Shown here one piece after another: positions 17,092 through 25,393 of a stretch of 64,000 bases of DNA. Position 1 is the stretch's first letter, and each line of letters starts with the position of its first letter. The stretch covers positions 17,771 through 81,770 of the forward strand of contig JAFRGW010000150.1 of NCBI GenBank assembly GCA_017433615.1, written 5' to 3'. Made by a program: the position numbers and the translations under genes. The stretch comes from Eubacterium sp. GTDB taxonomy: Bacteria > Bacillota > Clostridia > Lachnospirales > Lachnospiraceae. The notes under the pieces were generated by a model. The model was not told where the DNA came from. It saw only the letters and a list, made by a program, of their open reading frames with translations, and ran no database searches.

Positions 17092-18309
17092 CTATCTTTT
17101 TACAACACTCCGGTACAGTTTCCCGGCTGCCGTATACAGACCGGTCTTCCGGAGCACAGGGCCGGCCGTGCGGATCAGACGTGTCAGCAGGCTGCCCTTC
17201 ATATATTTCCGCAGAACCTGTTCCTTCTCAGATAATACTTCTGCCTTCAGATATTCTTCCCAGAACGCTCTGCGTCCTGCCGGCTCCTTCGACGAGAACT
17301 CCAGATGCGCCTGCCAGCTGTCTTTCCGGGATATCTCCTGCATCTGCAGATCCTTACGGACGGCTTCAAGCAGATGCTTCCCCTTTTCTGTATTCACAAG
17401 GATTTCTGAAATTCCCGCATCCGGCTGAAATGACAGCTTCGCCTGCCTGAAATTCCAGAAATCACCCAGCGTGAGATCCCCCGGCCGCTGATAACTGGTA
17501 TACCTGCAGTGAAAACATGACGCTCTGTGCAGATTCAGAGAGTGAAACAGCGTATTAAAGGAAAAGTCCCTGACTTCTTTGTCGATATTCCCGTTTTTCA
17601 GAGAAATCTTCAGTTCCTGCGACTCCCATGCCTGCTGCTTGCTGCGCATATTAACAGATTGAATTTGATCGCCCTCTGCAAGATACTGCGCCCGGATCAG
17701 ATCCAGATAATCTTTCCAGACCTTCTGCGAAGGAACACCGTGGCAGATGATATCGCACGTATACAGCTTTTCTGTTGGGATTTTTCGCATCGCCAGATAA
17801 GCCTTCAACGCCGAAATCTGACAGGGCGTTCCTGACAGCAGGACTGTACGTCCCGCCCGCAGATCCTGTTCTGCCTCCTGGTAAACAGCGGAAATGTTAC
17901 TCTCGACGTATTTAGAACCGCGAAACCTCCGAAATGCTTCTGCGGTTGTCCCGCGCATGTGGCTGACTGCGTAGTTCTCGTCAAATGCAGCTCCGTAAAC
18001 GACGCCATCCTGTTTCAGAATCCATTTGCAAAGCGCAGAAAAAACGCCGCCGGAAGAACTGGCTTTTACAACCCGTACATCCCTGCAGGCAGCAGCATAG
18101 ATTTCCGGCTCTGCGGACACGCCGACATAATTTTTTTCCATCGGACAGACTGCCTCACAGCGCCCGCAGTGCACGCACTTTTCTTCATCTACGACTGGAT
18201 AATAAAAACCTTTTTCGTCTTTCTGCATACAAACAGCAGCTGTTCCACAGATTTTCTCACATGCGAAACAGCCGCAGCAGTCCTGCTCTGACTTTGTATT
18301 ATGATACAT
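17092..18309 (-). CDS. Ferredoxin (2x4Fe-4S) fused to coenzyme F420 hydrogenase/dehydrogenase beta-subunit (FrhB)-like domain
   Basis: CCGCFACEKIC and CVHCGRCEAVCP clusters; SSSGG, GSKY, GTPCQ, ICHGVPS, CFHC and GDLTLGDFW motifs. Confidence 0.9.
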   Translation of the reverse strand: MYHNTKSEQDCCGCFACEKICGTAAVCMQKDEKGFYYPVVDEEKCVHCGRCEAVCPMEKNYVGVSAEPEIYAAACRDVRVVKASSSGGVFSALCKWILKQDGVVYGAAFDENYAVSHMRGTTAEAFRRFRGSKYVESNISAVYQEAEQDLRAGRTVLLSGTPCQISALKAYLAMRKIPTEKLYTCDIICHGVPSQKVWKDYLDLIRAQYLAEGDQIQSVNMRSKQQAWESQELKISLKNGNIDKEVRDFSFNTLFHSLNLHRASCFHCRYTSYQRPGDLTLGDFWNFRQAKLSFQPDAGISEILVNTEKGKHLLEAVRKDLQMQEISRKDSWQAHLEFSSKEPAGRRAFWEEYLKAEVLSEKEQVLRKYMKGSLLTRLIRTAGPVLRKTGLYTAAGKLYRSVVKR

Positions 18310-18340
18310 CCTGCATTCCCTCTTTTTTAAAGCGGCTCCG

Positions 18341-19285
18341 TCATCTCATGTTCCGTTTGCGCTCTTTCTCATCACGCGCATGGATCAGCTGCATCTCAAA
18401 GTCCTGCCGGTTCTTTGTCATGCCGGACTCCAGAATTAATCCGGTAAACAGGGACATCAGTGCGGCAATTACTGTAAATCCGCATACAATCAATGTCGGA
18501 TATTTTCCGACCATTCCGGTATGTGCATATGCGATCAGCACCGGGATCATGAACCCGAGTCCAAGAGCTGCGAGAATTAACGAAAGGATTCCGAAAAACG
18601 CCAGCGGTTTATAAGTACGGAAAAGACGGACGATTGTCAGGATTACCTTCATTCCGTCAGATATGGTGTTCAGCTTTGATTCGCTTCCCTCCGGCCGGTC
18701 GCGATAGTCCGTCTCAATGTTCTCGATCCGCATATTTTTATCAGCTGCATGAATGCTCATCTCCGTCTCAATTTCAAACCCTTTGGAGAGAACCGGAAAC
18801 GTCTTAACGAACTCATAGCTGAACGCCCGGTAGCCGGTAAAAATATCATGAATATCTGTCTTAAACAGCCGGTTAATCGCCTGTTTCACGAAGGTATTGC
18901 CTGCACCGTGAAACGCGCGTTTATTCTCCGTATAATAGGTCGTAGAAAGACGGTCTCCCACTGCCATATCTGCGCCGCGCTCCAGGACAGCTTCCGCCAG
19001 ATCCGGACCGTTTTCGGCAGGATTGGTGTCATCGCCGTCCGCCATAATGTAGCATTCCGCATCAATTTCCCGGAACATCCGCCGGATGACGTTGCCCTTA
19101 CCCTGCTGATATTCATTGCGCACAATTGCGCCGGCTGCTTCTGCGATCTCTGCAGTCCGGTCCGTAGAATTATTGTTGTAAACATAAACTGTCGCCTCAG
19201 GCATACACCGTTTCCAGTCCGAGACAACTTTTCCAATTGTAACTTCCTCATTCCAGCACGGAAGCAGGACTGCTATTTTATCCAT
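18341..19285 (-). CDS. GT2 polyprenol-phosphate glycosyltransferase (DPM/GtrB/GacI-like)
   Basis: LPCWNEE, NNNSTD, GKG, DGDD, DIFTGYR, GFEIETE and YRDRPEGSESK motifs; 2 C-terminal TMs. Confidence 0.9.
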   Translation of the reverse strand: MDKIAVLLPCWNEEVTIGKVVSDWKRCMPEATVYVYNNNSTDRTAEIAEAAGAIVRNEYQQGKGNVIRRMFREIDAECYIMADGDDTNPAENGPDLAEAVLERGADMAVGDRLSTTYYTENKRAFHGAGNTFVKQAINRLFKTDIHDIFTGYRAFSYEFVKTFPVLSKGFEIETEMSIHAADKNMRIENIETDYRDRPEGSESKLNTISDGMKVILTIVRLFRTYKPLAFFGILSLILAALGLGFMIPVLIAYAHTGMVGKYPTLIVCGFTVIAALMSLFTGLILESGMTKNRQDFEMQLIHARDEKERKRNMR

Positions 19286-19337
19286 CTGACTGTTTCCCCA
19301 ATCATATTATTTGTCCAAAAAGAGCATACTTATAATT

Positions 19338-19366
19338 ATTATAAGACAGATATGTCAGGAGATCAA
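19338..19366 (-). promoter_or_regulatory. Promoter TTGATC-N17-TATAAT overlapped by palindrome CTTATAAT-T-ATTATAAG (19329-19345)
   Basis: Read directly from the sequence; about 50 nt upstream of the 19285 start. Confidence 0.6.
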
Positions 19367-20103
19367 CTTACAGGAAAATAGCCCTTTAAATCTTCGTACA
19401 TTGCCGCTACAATCCTGTTCACGCCCGCCATTGTCGGATGGTGTTTATCCTTTTTTATACAATGTTTCTGTCCTTTGAGCGCGTCCTGTGCTCTCGGAAG
19501 ATAAACCCATCCATTCTCCTGACTAAACAGATAATACAGCGCTTTTCTTTTATTGATTTTTCTCTGAACTGCTTTCTTTTTCTTCCAGTTGATCGCACCA
19601 TAATAAACGCGCGCGTTGGGATACTTCTCTTTCAGCAGTACATTCAGCTTTTTAAATGCTTTCCGGATTTTCTGTTTGCTGAATTTCAAATCATTGGTCA
19701 GGCCGCCGGCAATGATAATTGCTTTTATGTTCTGACTGCTTTCCAGCGGTCTGATCAGATCAATAAACGCCTTCCGGTTATGCTTTCCGATAAATCCATA
19801 TCCGCCTCTCTTTATAATGCATACTTCCGAATCCTGCATATTTAATTTTTTATATAACTGATCCGGCCAGTTTTGTTCCGGATGCTGGACCGGCTGAATC
19901 GCGTATGAATCTCCGATCATAATATACTTTGTTTCCGGGGTCACCTGATTCATGGCGGCATTCCCGGCAAAGACCTCCGCCGCAGACATTATGAGTATGA
20001 ACGGAATCAATACCAACAGCATAAGCCGCATAATTTTTTTCCGCCCGGAGTCAGCAGCTGAATCAGCCGCACCCGTGATGAACACCTGCCTGTTTTCTGT
20101 CAT
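19363..20103 (-). CDS. Exported SGNH/GDSL hydrolase
   Basis: N-terminal hydrophobic segment; IGDSY, GGYG, GGLTND and DKHHPT motifs. Confidence 0.85.
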   Translation of the reverse strand: MTENRQVFITGAADSAADSGRKKIMRLMLLVLIPFILIMSAAEVFAGNAAMNQVTPETKYIMIGDSYAIQPVQHPEQNWPDQLYKKLNMQDSEVCIIKRGGYGFIGKHNRKAFIDLIRPLESSQNIKAIIIAGGLTNDLKFSKQKIRKAFKKLNVLLKEKYPNARVYYGAINWKKKKAVQRKINKRKALYYLFSQENGWVYLPRAQDALKGQKHCIKKDKHHPTMAGVNRIVAAMYEDLKGYFPVS

Positions 20104-20163
20104 GATATAAGGCCCCCTTTTAATTCAAGTCTGTCTGCATATGCCCGGAAAACACTTATACTG

Positions 20164-21825
20164 TCACCAAAACCGCTTATTCGTTGTAATATAATCAATT
20201 CCATCGATAATATAATTTTCGACCTGATCCCTGTCATCAACGGTCCACAGATTCACTTTTGATCCCTGTGCCCGGAGATTCCGGACTGCGGTCCGGGTTA
20301 TTCCGGTATGCTTCAGATCATACTCAAACCCGTTCAGCTCACAGACGCTGTGCATCTTACTGTCATAACTGTTGCTGATATACTGCAGTGTAATATTCGG
20401 TCTGTTTTCAATCGGCAGAACATTTTGCATAACCAGCAGCGTCTCATAATCAAAATCGATAAACATATACGGCCGGCTTCCCATTTTCGCGTTCGTAATC
20501 CGGAAGAGTTCTTCCATATCCTCGCGTTCCATATTCTGCATGGACAGATCGTCAGATGTATTCCGCTGATAAGTCATCTTGATCTCAATCACCGGCACCA
20601 TATTATACTTTTTACAGACCTCCAGGTATTCTTCCAGCGTCGGGACAACGGTAGCCCGAAGGTCGTTTTTGTAAGTTTCATATTGATTGCCTGCTGTGAT
20701 GCGCAGCGCACGGATTTCCTCCAGTGTCATGTTCTCCGGTTTTTTGCTGACCCCGCACATTCTGCTGAATGTGGCGTCATGCAGAAGAATAAAATGTCCG
20801 TCACTGGTTTTCCGTATATCTGTCTCTGCTCCCCAGAAACCTGCCGCACCGGCCAGTTCAAAGGCTCGTAGTGTGTTTTCCGGCGCCGCCGAACTCAATC
20901 CGCGATGCGCAATAAATTTCGTGCTGTCCTTGCGTATGCGCAGCGATACGGTAAGCAAATAAGAAACATCTGCGCCTGCCTGATTCTGGATCTTTGCAGT
21001 AATCACTGCTGTCCCTTTTCCGACACCGGTCACCTTTCCTGACGCATCTACCGTCGCAACTGACGGATCGGAAGAGGACCACCTGATGCTGGTCGCACCT
21101 GCCACATTGATTGTATTTTTCAGTTTATTGGTATAGGTATCCCCGATATAAATCTTTGCAGATGAAACCGCAAAAGAAATCATTCTGACTATTACTTTGT
21201 AGGAAGCTTTCTTTTTGGATCCGTCCGTGGACTTCACTGTAATACGTGCTGTTCCTGCCTTGATGCCGGTCACAACACCCTTTGCGCTGACCCTGGCGAC
21301 TGACGGATCAGACGACGTATACGTCACTTTTGATTTTTTTGCCCCGGAAGGCTTCACCGTCAGACTGTTCTTTACTTTGTCACCCACATAGATCACACGT
21401 GCATTGTCCGCAAATGTCAGGGACTTGATCTTCGGCACCCGTTTCTTAACCGTTATCATACAGGTCAGTTTTCTGCCGGGTTTGCCTTTCGGATAACAGG
21501 ATATAATGGTTTTTCCTTTTTTCAGCGCTTTAATTCTGCAGACCCTGCCATTTTTGGACACCTGTACTTTTGCTACAGACGGCCGGCTTGATTTCCATAT
21601 GATCCGGCTCTTCCTGACGCCTGACCGGAAGGATACTTTAACCTGTTTGCTCTTTCCGATGTAAATTGTATACTTATTCTTAAAACTGGTCCGCTTCAGC
21701 GATGCATTTCCTGATGCGTTTGCAGCACAAACAGTCTGTCCGGAGATACCTGCCAGACAGACCAGAAGAAACAGCATGATGATCATCACAAACACGTGAG
21801 GTTTTATTTGCTTTCTGTTAATCAT
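20164..21825 (-). CDS. Secreted glycerophosphodiester phosphodiesterase with three Ig-like (Big_2) repeats
   Basis: Signal peptide; WKSSRPSVAKV, YTSSDPSVARV and WSSSDPSVATV repeats; GDPD motifs AHRG..PENT..AF, ETD, LHD, IEIK, WTVD and YITTN. Confidence 0.9.
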   Translation of the reverse strand: MINRKQIKPHVFVMIIMLFLLVCLAGISGQTVCAANASGNASLKRTSFKNKYTIYIGKSKQVKVSFRSGVRKSRIIWKSSRPSVAKVQVSKNGRVCRIKALKKGKTIISCYPKGKPGRKLTCMITVKKRVPKIKSLTFADNARVIYVGDKVKNSLTVKPSGAKKSKVTYTSSDPSVARVSAKGVVTGIKAGTARITVKSTDGSKKKASYKVIVRMISFAVSSAKIYIGDTYTNKLKNTINVAGATSIRWSSSDPSVATVDASGKVTGVGKGTAVITAKIQNQAGADVSYLLTVSLRIRKDSTKFIAHRGLSSAAPENTLRAFELAGAAGFWGAETDIRKTSDGHFILLHDATFSRMCGVSKKPENMTLEEIRALRITAGNQYETYKNDLRATVVPTLEEYLEVCKKYNMVPVIEIKMTYQRNTSDDLSMQNMEREDMEELFRITNAKMGSRPYMFIDFDYETLLVMQNVLPIENRPNITLQYISNSYDSKMHSVCELNGFEYDLKHTGITRTAVRNLRAQGSKVNLWTVDDRDQVENYIIDGIDYITTNKRFW

Positions 21826-21894
21826 ACCATCCTTGCGAATATTCTGTGTTCAACCCATGGATCAAGAAATACATTTCAATAATATATATTTTTT

Positions 21895-22950
21895 TCAGCC
21901 GGCCAGAATACGCATTGTCCGCTCTATCCCGCTTTCAATGGTATAGCAGGGCTGCCATCCCAGCCGTTTCAGCTTATCTCCGTTCAGCCGCGCCTTCGTT
22001 GCCTTGCTGAAACCAGCCGCCTCTGTTTGATCCGGCAGTTCAAAAACAACTTCTTTGTTTGAAAAGCCTGCAATCAACGCCGCCAGATCTTTCAGCATAA
22101 TATCTGATTGTTCATCAGCAATATTATAAGCCGCTCCCTTTTCTCCTTTCAGGAGAACGGTTAAAAGTCCGCTGACAGCATCTGCAACATATGTATAACT
22201 ATAAAACTGTGTACCCGCCGACTTCAGCACTATGTTTTCACCTGCTATGCCTTTTTTGATAAACTGACTGATCGCTTTTGTATCAGACTGCAGCATTGTC
22301 GGACCATATGACCGTGTCAGCCTTGGTATTACCACATCCAGTCCTTTCTGGGAAATATACGCCTGACAGAGTGCTTCTCCGCAACGTTTGCTTTCGGGGT
22401 AACCTGCCCGCAGCGTATTGGAATCAATATACCCGCAGTAATCTTCGTCAAACAATTCTACATCTCCACGGTTTTCACCGTAAATCTCGTTGGATGATGC
22501 GAATGCAAACCGTTCAGTGTGATGTGATGCTGCAAACTCCAGCATATTCTGCAGTCCGATAATATTCGTGGTTATCGTTCCGATTGGATCTGTCGCATAC
22601 TGCACAGGATGTGTATTCGATGCCAAATGCAGAACAAAATCAACCTTCTCCGCTTCAACAGATGTCAGCGGCAGATTGATATCATGTGAAACAAACTCCA
22701 GCAATGGATCATTTTCCAGATTCGGGAAGCGATCCCGGGCTTTTTGTTCATTTCTCCCGAGTGCATAGATTTTACAGTTCAATCCGTCTGTTCTGTTTTT
22801 TTCCAGCAAAACATCAACCAGAAAGCTTCCGATTAAACCGGTCGCTCCGGACAGCAGTATACTCTTATTTTTCAGTCTGTTCCACGGCAGATCCGTCTTT
22901 GCAGCTGCCCTTACATCCTCAAGATATAATTCATTTTCAAAAATGTTCAT
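21895..22950 (-). CDS. NAD-dependent epimerase/dehydratase-family (extended SDR) enzyme; probable CDP-alditol reductase partner
   Basis: GATGLIG, HLAS, SSNEIYG and YPESK motifs; start at MNIF (22950); directly downstream of the cytidylyltransferase. Confidence 0.8.
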   Translation of the reverse strand: MNIFENELYLEDVRAAAKTDLPWNRLKNKSILLSGATGLIGSFLVDVLLEKNRTDGLNCKIYALGRNEQKARDRFPNLENDPLLEFVSHDINLPLTSVEAEKVDFVLHLASNTHPVQYATDPIGTITTNIIGLQNMLEFAASHHTERFAFASSNEIYGENRGDVELFDEDYCGYIDSNTLRAGYPESKRCGEALCQAYISQKGLDVVIPRLTRSYGPTMLQSDTKAISQFIKKGIAGENIVLKSAGTQFYSYTYVADAVSGLLTVLLKGEKGAAYNIADEQSDIMLKDLAALIAGFSNKEVVFELPDQTEAAGFSKATKARLNGDKLKRLGWQPCYTIESGIERTMRILAG

Positions 22951-22985
22951 ATTCCTGTATCCCGCTATTCTTTCATACTGCAGCT

Positions 22986-23702
22986 TTATTTTAACCAATT
23001 ACTCTTATCAGAGTTTAAATATGCTTTAAACATCTCCAGATCATCTTTGGTAGTCAGTTTAATATTTTTATCTGATCCTGCAGCAAAATACAAACGGACA
23101 CCAAGTTCCACCATCATTGTATTTGTATAGGAAGAGCCATATATGCCAATCTCTTTTTCAAATGCCTCGTGATACTTCTCATCCAGCAGACCAAACTGAT
23201 AGGCCTGCGGCGTAGATACTCTGCGCAGTGTTTCTCGCGGAATATATTTTGTAGTGCTGATATCATCATCGACAACGAAGATCTGCTCATTATATGGCAG
23301 TGATGTAACAGCGTTTCCGTATTGCTTACACTTTATAATGACATCTGAAAGAACAGTCTCGTCGACAAGCGGCCGGATCCCGTCATGAATGATGATTGTA
23401 TCATCGGGAGATGCGATACCTTCCAGATGATATACACCGTTACGGATCGACTCCTGACCAGAATTTCCTCCCGAAACGATCCATTTCAGCTTATCAATAT
23501 TAAATTGTTTTGCATAAGCCCAGACAATATCATGCCAGCCATCGATGCATACAACTTCAATTGCATCAATCTGCGGATGTTTCTGAAAACCTTCCAGCGT
23601 ATAGATCAAAATCGGTTTGTCATAGACATTGATAAACTGCTTTGGGATATCCTGTCCCATTCTGCTGCCGGAACCACCGGCGATGATAATTGCTATATTC
23701 AT
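22986..23702 (-). CDS. IspD/TarI-family sugar-alcohol-phosphate cytidylyltransferase
   Basis: IAGGSGSRM..PKQF, IHDGIRP, TPQ and NIKLTT motifs. Confidence 0.92.
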   Translation of the reverse strand: MNIAIIIAGGSGSRMGQDIPKQFINVYDKPILIYTLEGFQKHPQIDAIEVVCIDGWHDIVWAYAKQFNIDKLKWIVSGGNSGQESIRNGVYHLEGIASPDDTIIIHDGIRPLVDETVLSDVIIKCKQYGNAVTSLPYNEQIFVVDDDISTTKYIPRETLRRVSTPQAYQFGLLDEKYHEAFEKEIGIYGSSYTNTMMVELGVRLYFAAGSDKNIKLTTKDDLEMFKAYLNSDKSNWLK

Positions 23703-24044
23703 AGTAGACTCTCCAACCTCAACAAATATCTCTTGAAATAATTATACAATTAGTTTTCTCTTTGCTGTAATTAATTCAAAGTGGCAACATTTTTACTGAC
23801 GCATGCCAAAGTTTTTTTAACATATCACCTTTATTTTATTATCTGCATTAAATGGTAAAGTAATCACCAATGAGGATAGTATTCGCATAAATCATTAAAA
23901 TATATCGAGTCTGTTCATAATATGAGTTACCTACCAGGGATAGTTTACCCAGTTACTAGAAACACGTTAAAGAAAAAATGAACTTTTGAATTCCTTACAG
24001 ATATTTTTCATATCCTCCACTCTAGAAAATCAAAAAGAGAAATA

Positions 24045-24458
24045 CTAGTTACTACTTTTAAAAGCAAAAAATCTTTGTCCAAAATAATTAAGTAAAACGT
24101 ATAAGCCCATTCCCAAAACCATTGCTCCATTTTCCTGAACTGATTTTGTAGAATGACTTAATAATTTGTAAACAGCGGGTTTAGCTAATCCATATGCGAT
24201 CAAATAGCATATTGTTATATTAATAATAAATCTCAATGCTGCCTTGGCATTATCTCCATCATACTTGAAAGTAAAATTTTTATTCAGAAAAAAGCTAATA
24301 ATGCCTCCTACAATATAGTTTAAAGCAGAAGAAATCCAGTAATTCCAATGTAATAAATTATATGCTCCGAACATTATAGCCGTTCCGACAATAGTATTTA
24401 TAACCCCCACACCTATAAATTTAAAGAATGTATTCTTTTTTAAATGTTGCCAATTCAT
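24045..24458 (-). CDS. GtrA-family flippase
   Basis: 137 aa with 4 TMs; KFIGVG..NT, FFLNKNFTF and NYFGQRFFAF motifs. Confidence 0.9.
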   Translation of the reverse strand: MNWQHLKKNTFFKFIGVGVINTIVGTAIMFGAYNLLHWNYWISSALNYIVGGIISFFLNKNFTFKYDGDNAKAALRFIINITICYLIAYGLAKPAVYKLLSHSTKSVQENGAMVLGMGLYVLLNYFGQRFFAFKSSN

Positions 24459-25393
24459 TCGTTCACCTCATGAATAACAGATTCAATGATATAACGTGGT
24501 CTATTTTTTGACTCTAAATAAGTTCTGACCACGTATACTCCTATGATCCAAATAAATAATTCGATCAAACCGCTAAACAGAAAACCTAAAGCAAACAGCA
24601 CCATTGTTATTTTTTCTGGAGTTATAATTGCATTAATAATGAACAAAACAATGCTGATAACGATACTAATTAAGCTTATTTTTAAAATAGCAAAAACTGG
24701 CTTATCTGAGAATGATGTTATTCCATCCATTGCTAGTTTTAACATTTTTTTCATAGTATATTTTGATTGTCCGGCTGTTCGCTCAAACACATCAAAATAT
24801 ACTATGTCTGACTTCATCCCCATAGTAGGAATCAAGCCACGTAAGAAAACCGCCCCTTCGGGATAATGAGACAATTCATTTAAGGCCTTTTTTGAGAGTA
24901 AACGGTAATCTGCATGATTAGGAATTACTTCACATCCCATTTTTGACATGAACCGATAAAAAATCTGACTAGTGCTTTTTTTGAAAAAACCATCCGTATT
25001 TCTATCATTTCTCACGCCATATACAATATCATTTCCCTTTTCATAGCAATCCAGAAAATCATAAATTGCATTAATATCCTGCTGTAAATCTGCATCAATA
25101 GAAATACAAGCATCACATTTATCCTTTGAAAAGTGATATCCAGCAAGCACTGCATATTGATGCCCAAAATTCCTAGAAAAACTAATCAACGAACAACTTA
25201 TATTATTTTTGCATATATTTTCCAGTAACTCCTTTGTTTTGTCCCTGGAACCATCATTTACAAAAACGATTTTGCTATTTGAGGAAATTCTGTTTTTTTC
25301 CATCAGTTCTGCAAGAAAACCATTTAATCTCTCGGCTGATTGAACTATACCTTCTTCTTCATTAAAACAAGGTACAACAATATATAGAATCAT
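24455..25393 (-). CDS. GtrB/CsbB-like bactoprenol-phosphate glycosyltransferase (GT2)
   Basis: VPCFNEE, VNDGSRD, SRNFGHQ, IDADLQ, ADYRLLS and RPRYII motifs; 2 TMs. Confidence 0.92.
   Translation of the reverse strand: MILYIVVPCFNEEEGIVQSAERLNGFLAELMEKNRISSNSKIVFVNDGSRDKTKELLENICKNNISCSLISFSRNFGHQYAVLAGYHFSKDKCDACISIDADLQQDINAIYDFLDCYEKGNDIVYGVRNDRNTDGFFKKSTSQIFYRFMSKMGCEVIPNHADYRLLSKKALNELSHYPEGAVFLRGLIPTMGMKSDIVYFDVFERTAGQSKYTMKKMLKLAMDGITSFSDKPVFAILKISLISIVISIVLFIINAIITPEKITMVLFALGFLFSGLIELFIWIIGVYVVRTYLESKNRPRYIIESVIHEVNE

Noticed and set aside
17092-18309. F420 hydrogenase or methanogen-type energy metabolism
   Set aside because: No NiFe large subunit, maturation or F420 genes; the context is glycan modification.
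21030-21600. Repeated TGACGGATC-containing segments as a possible DNA repeat or CRISPR array
   Set aside because: Explained by Big_2 protein-domain repeats; no regular repeat-spacer structure or cas genes in the window.
22986-23702. Housekeeping ispD of the MEP pathway
   Set aside because: No ispF neighbour; paired with an SDR inside a polyol-phosphate polymer locus. Not fully excluded.
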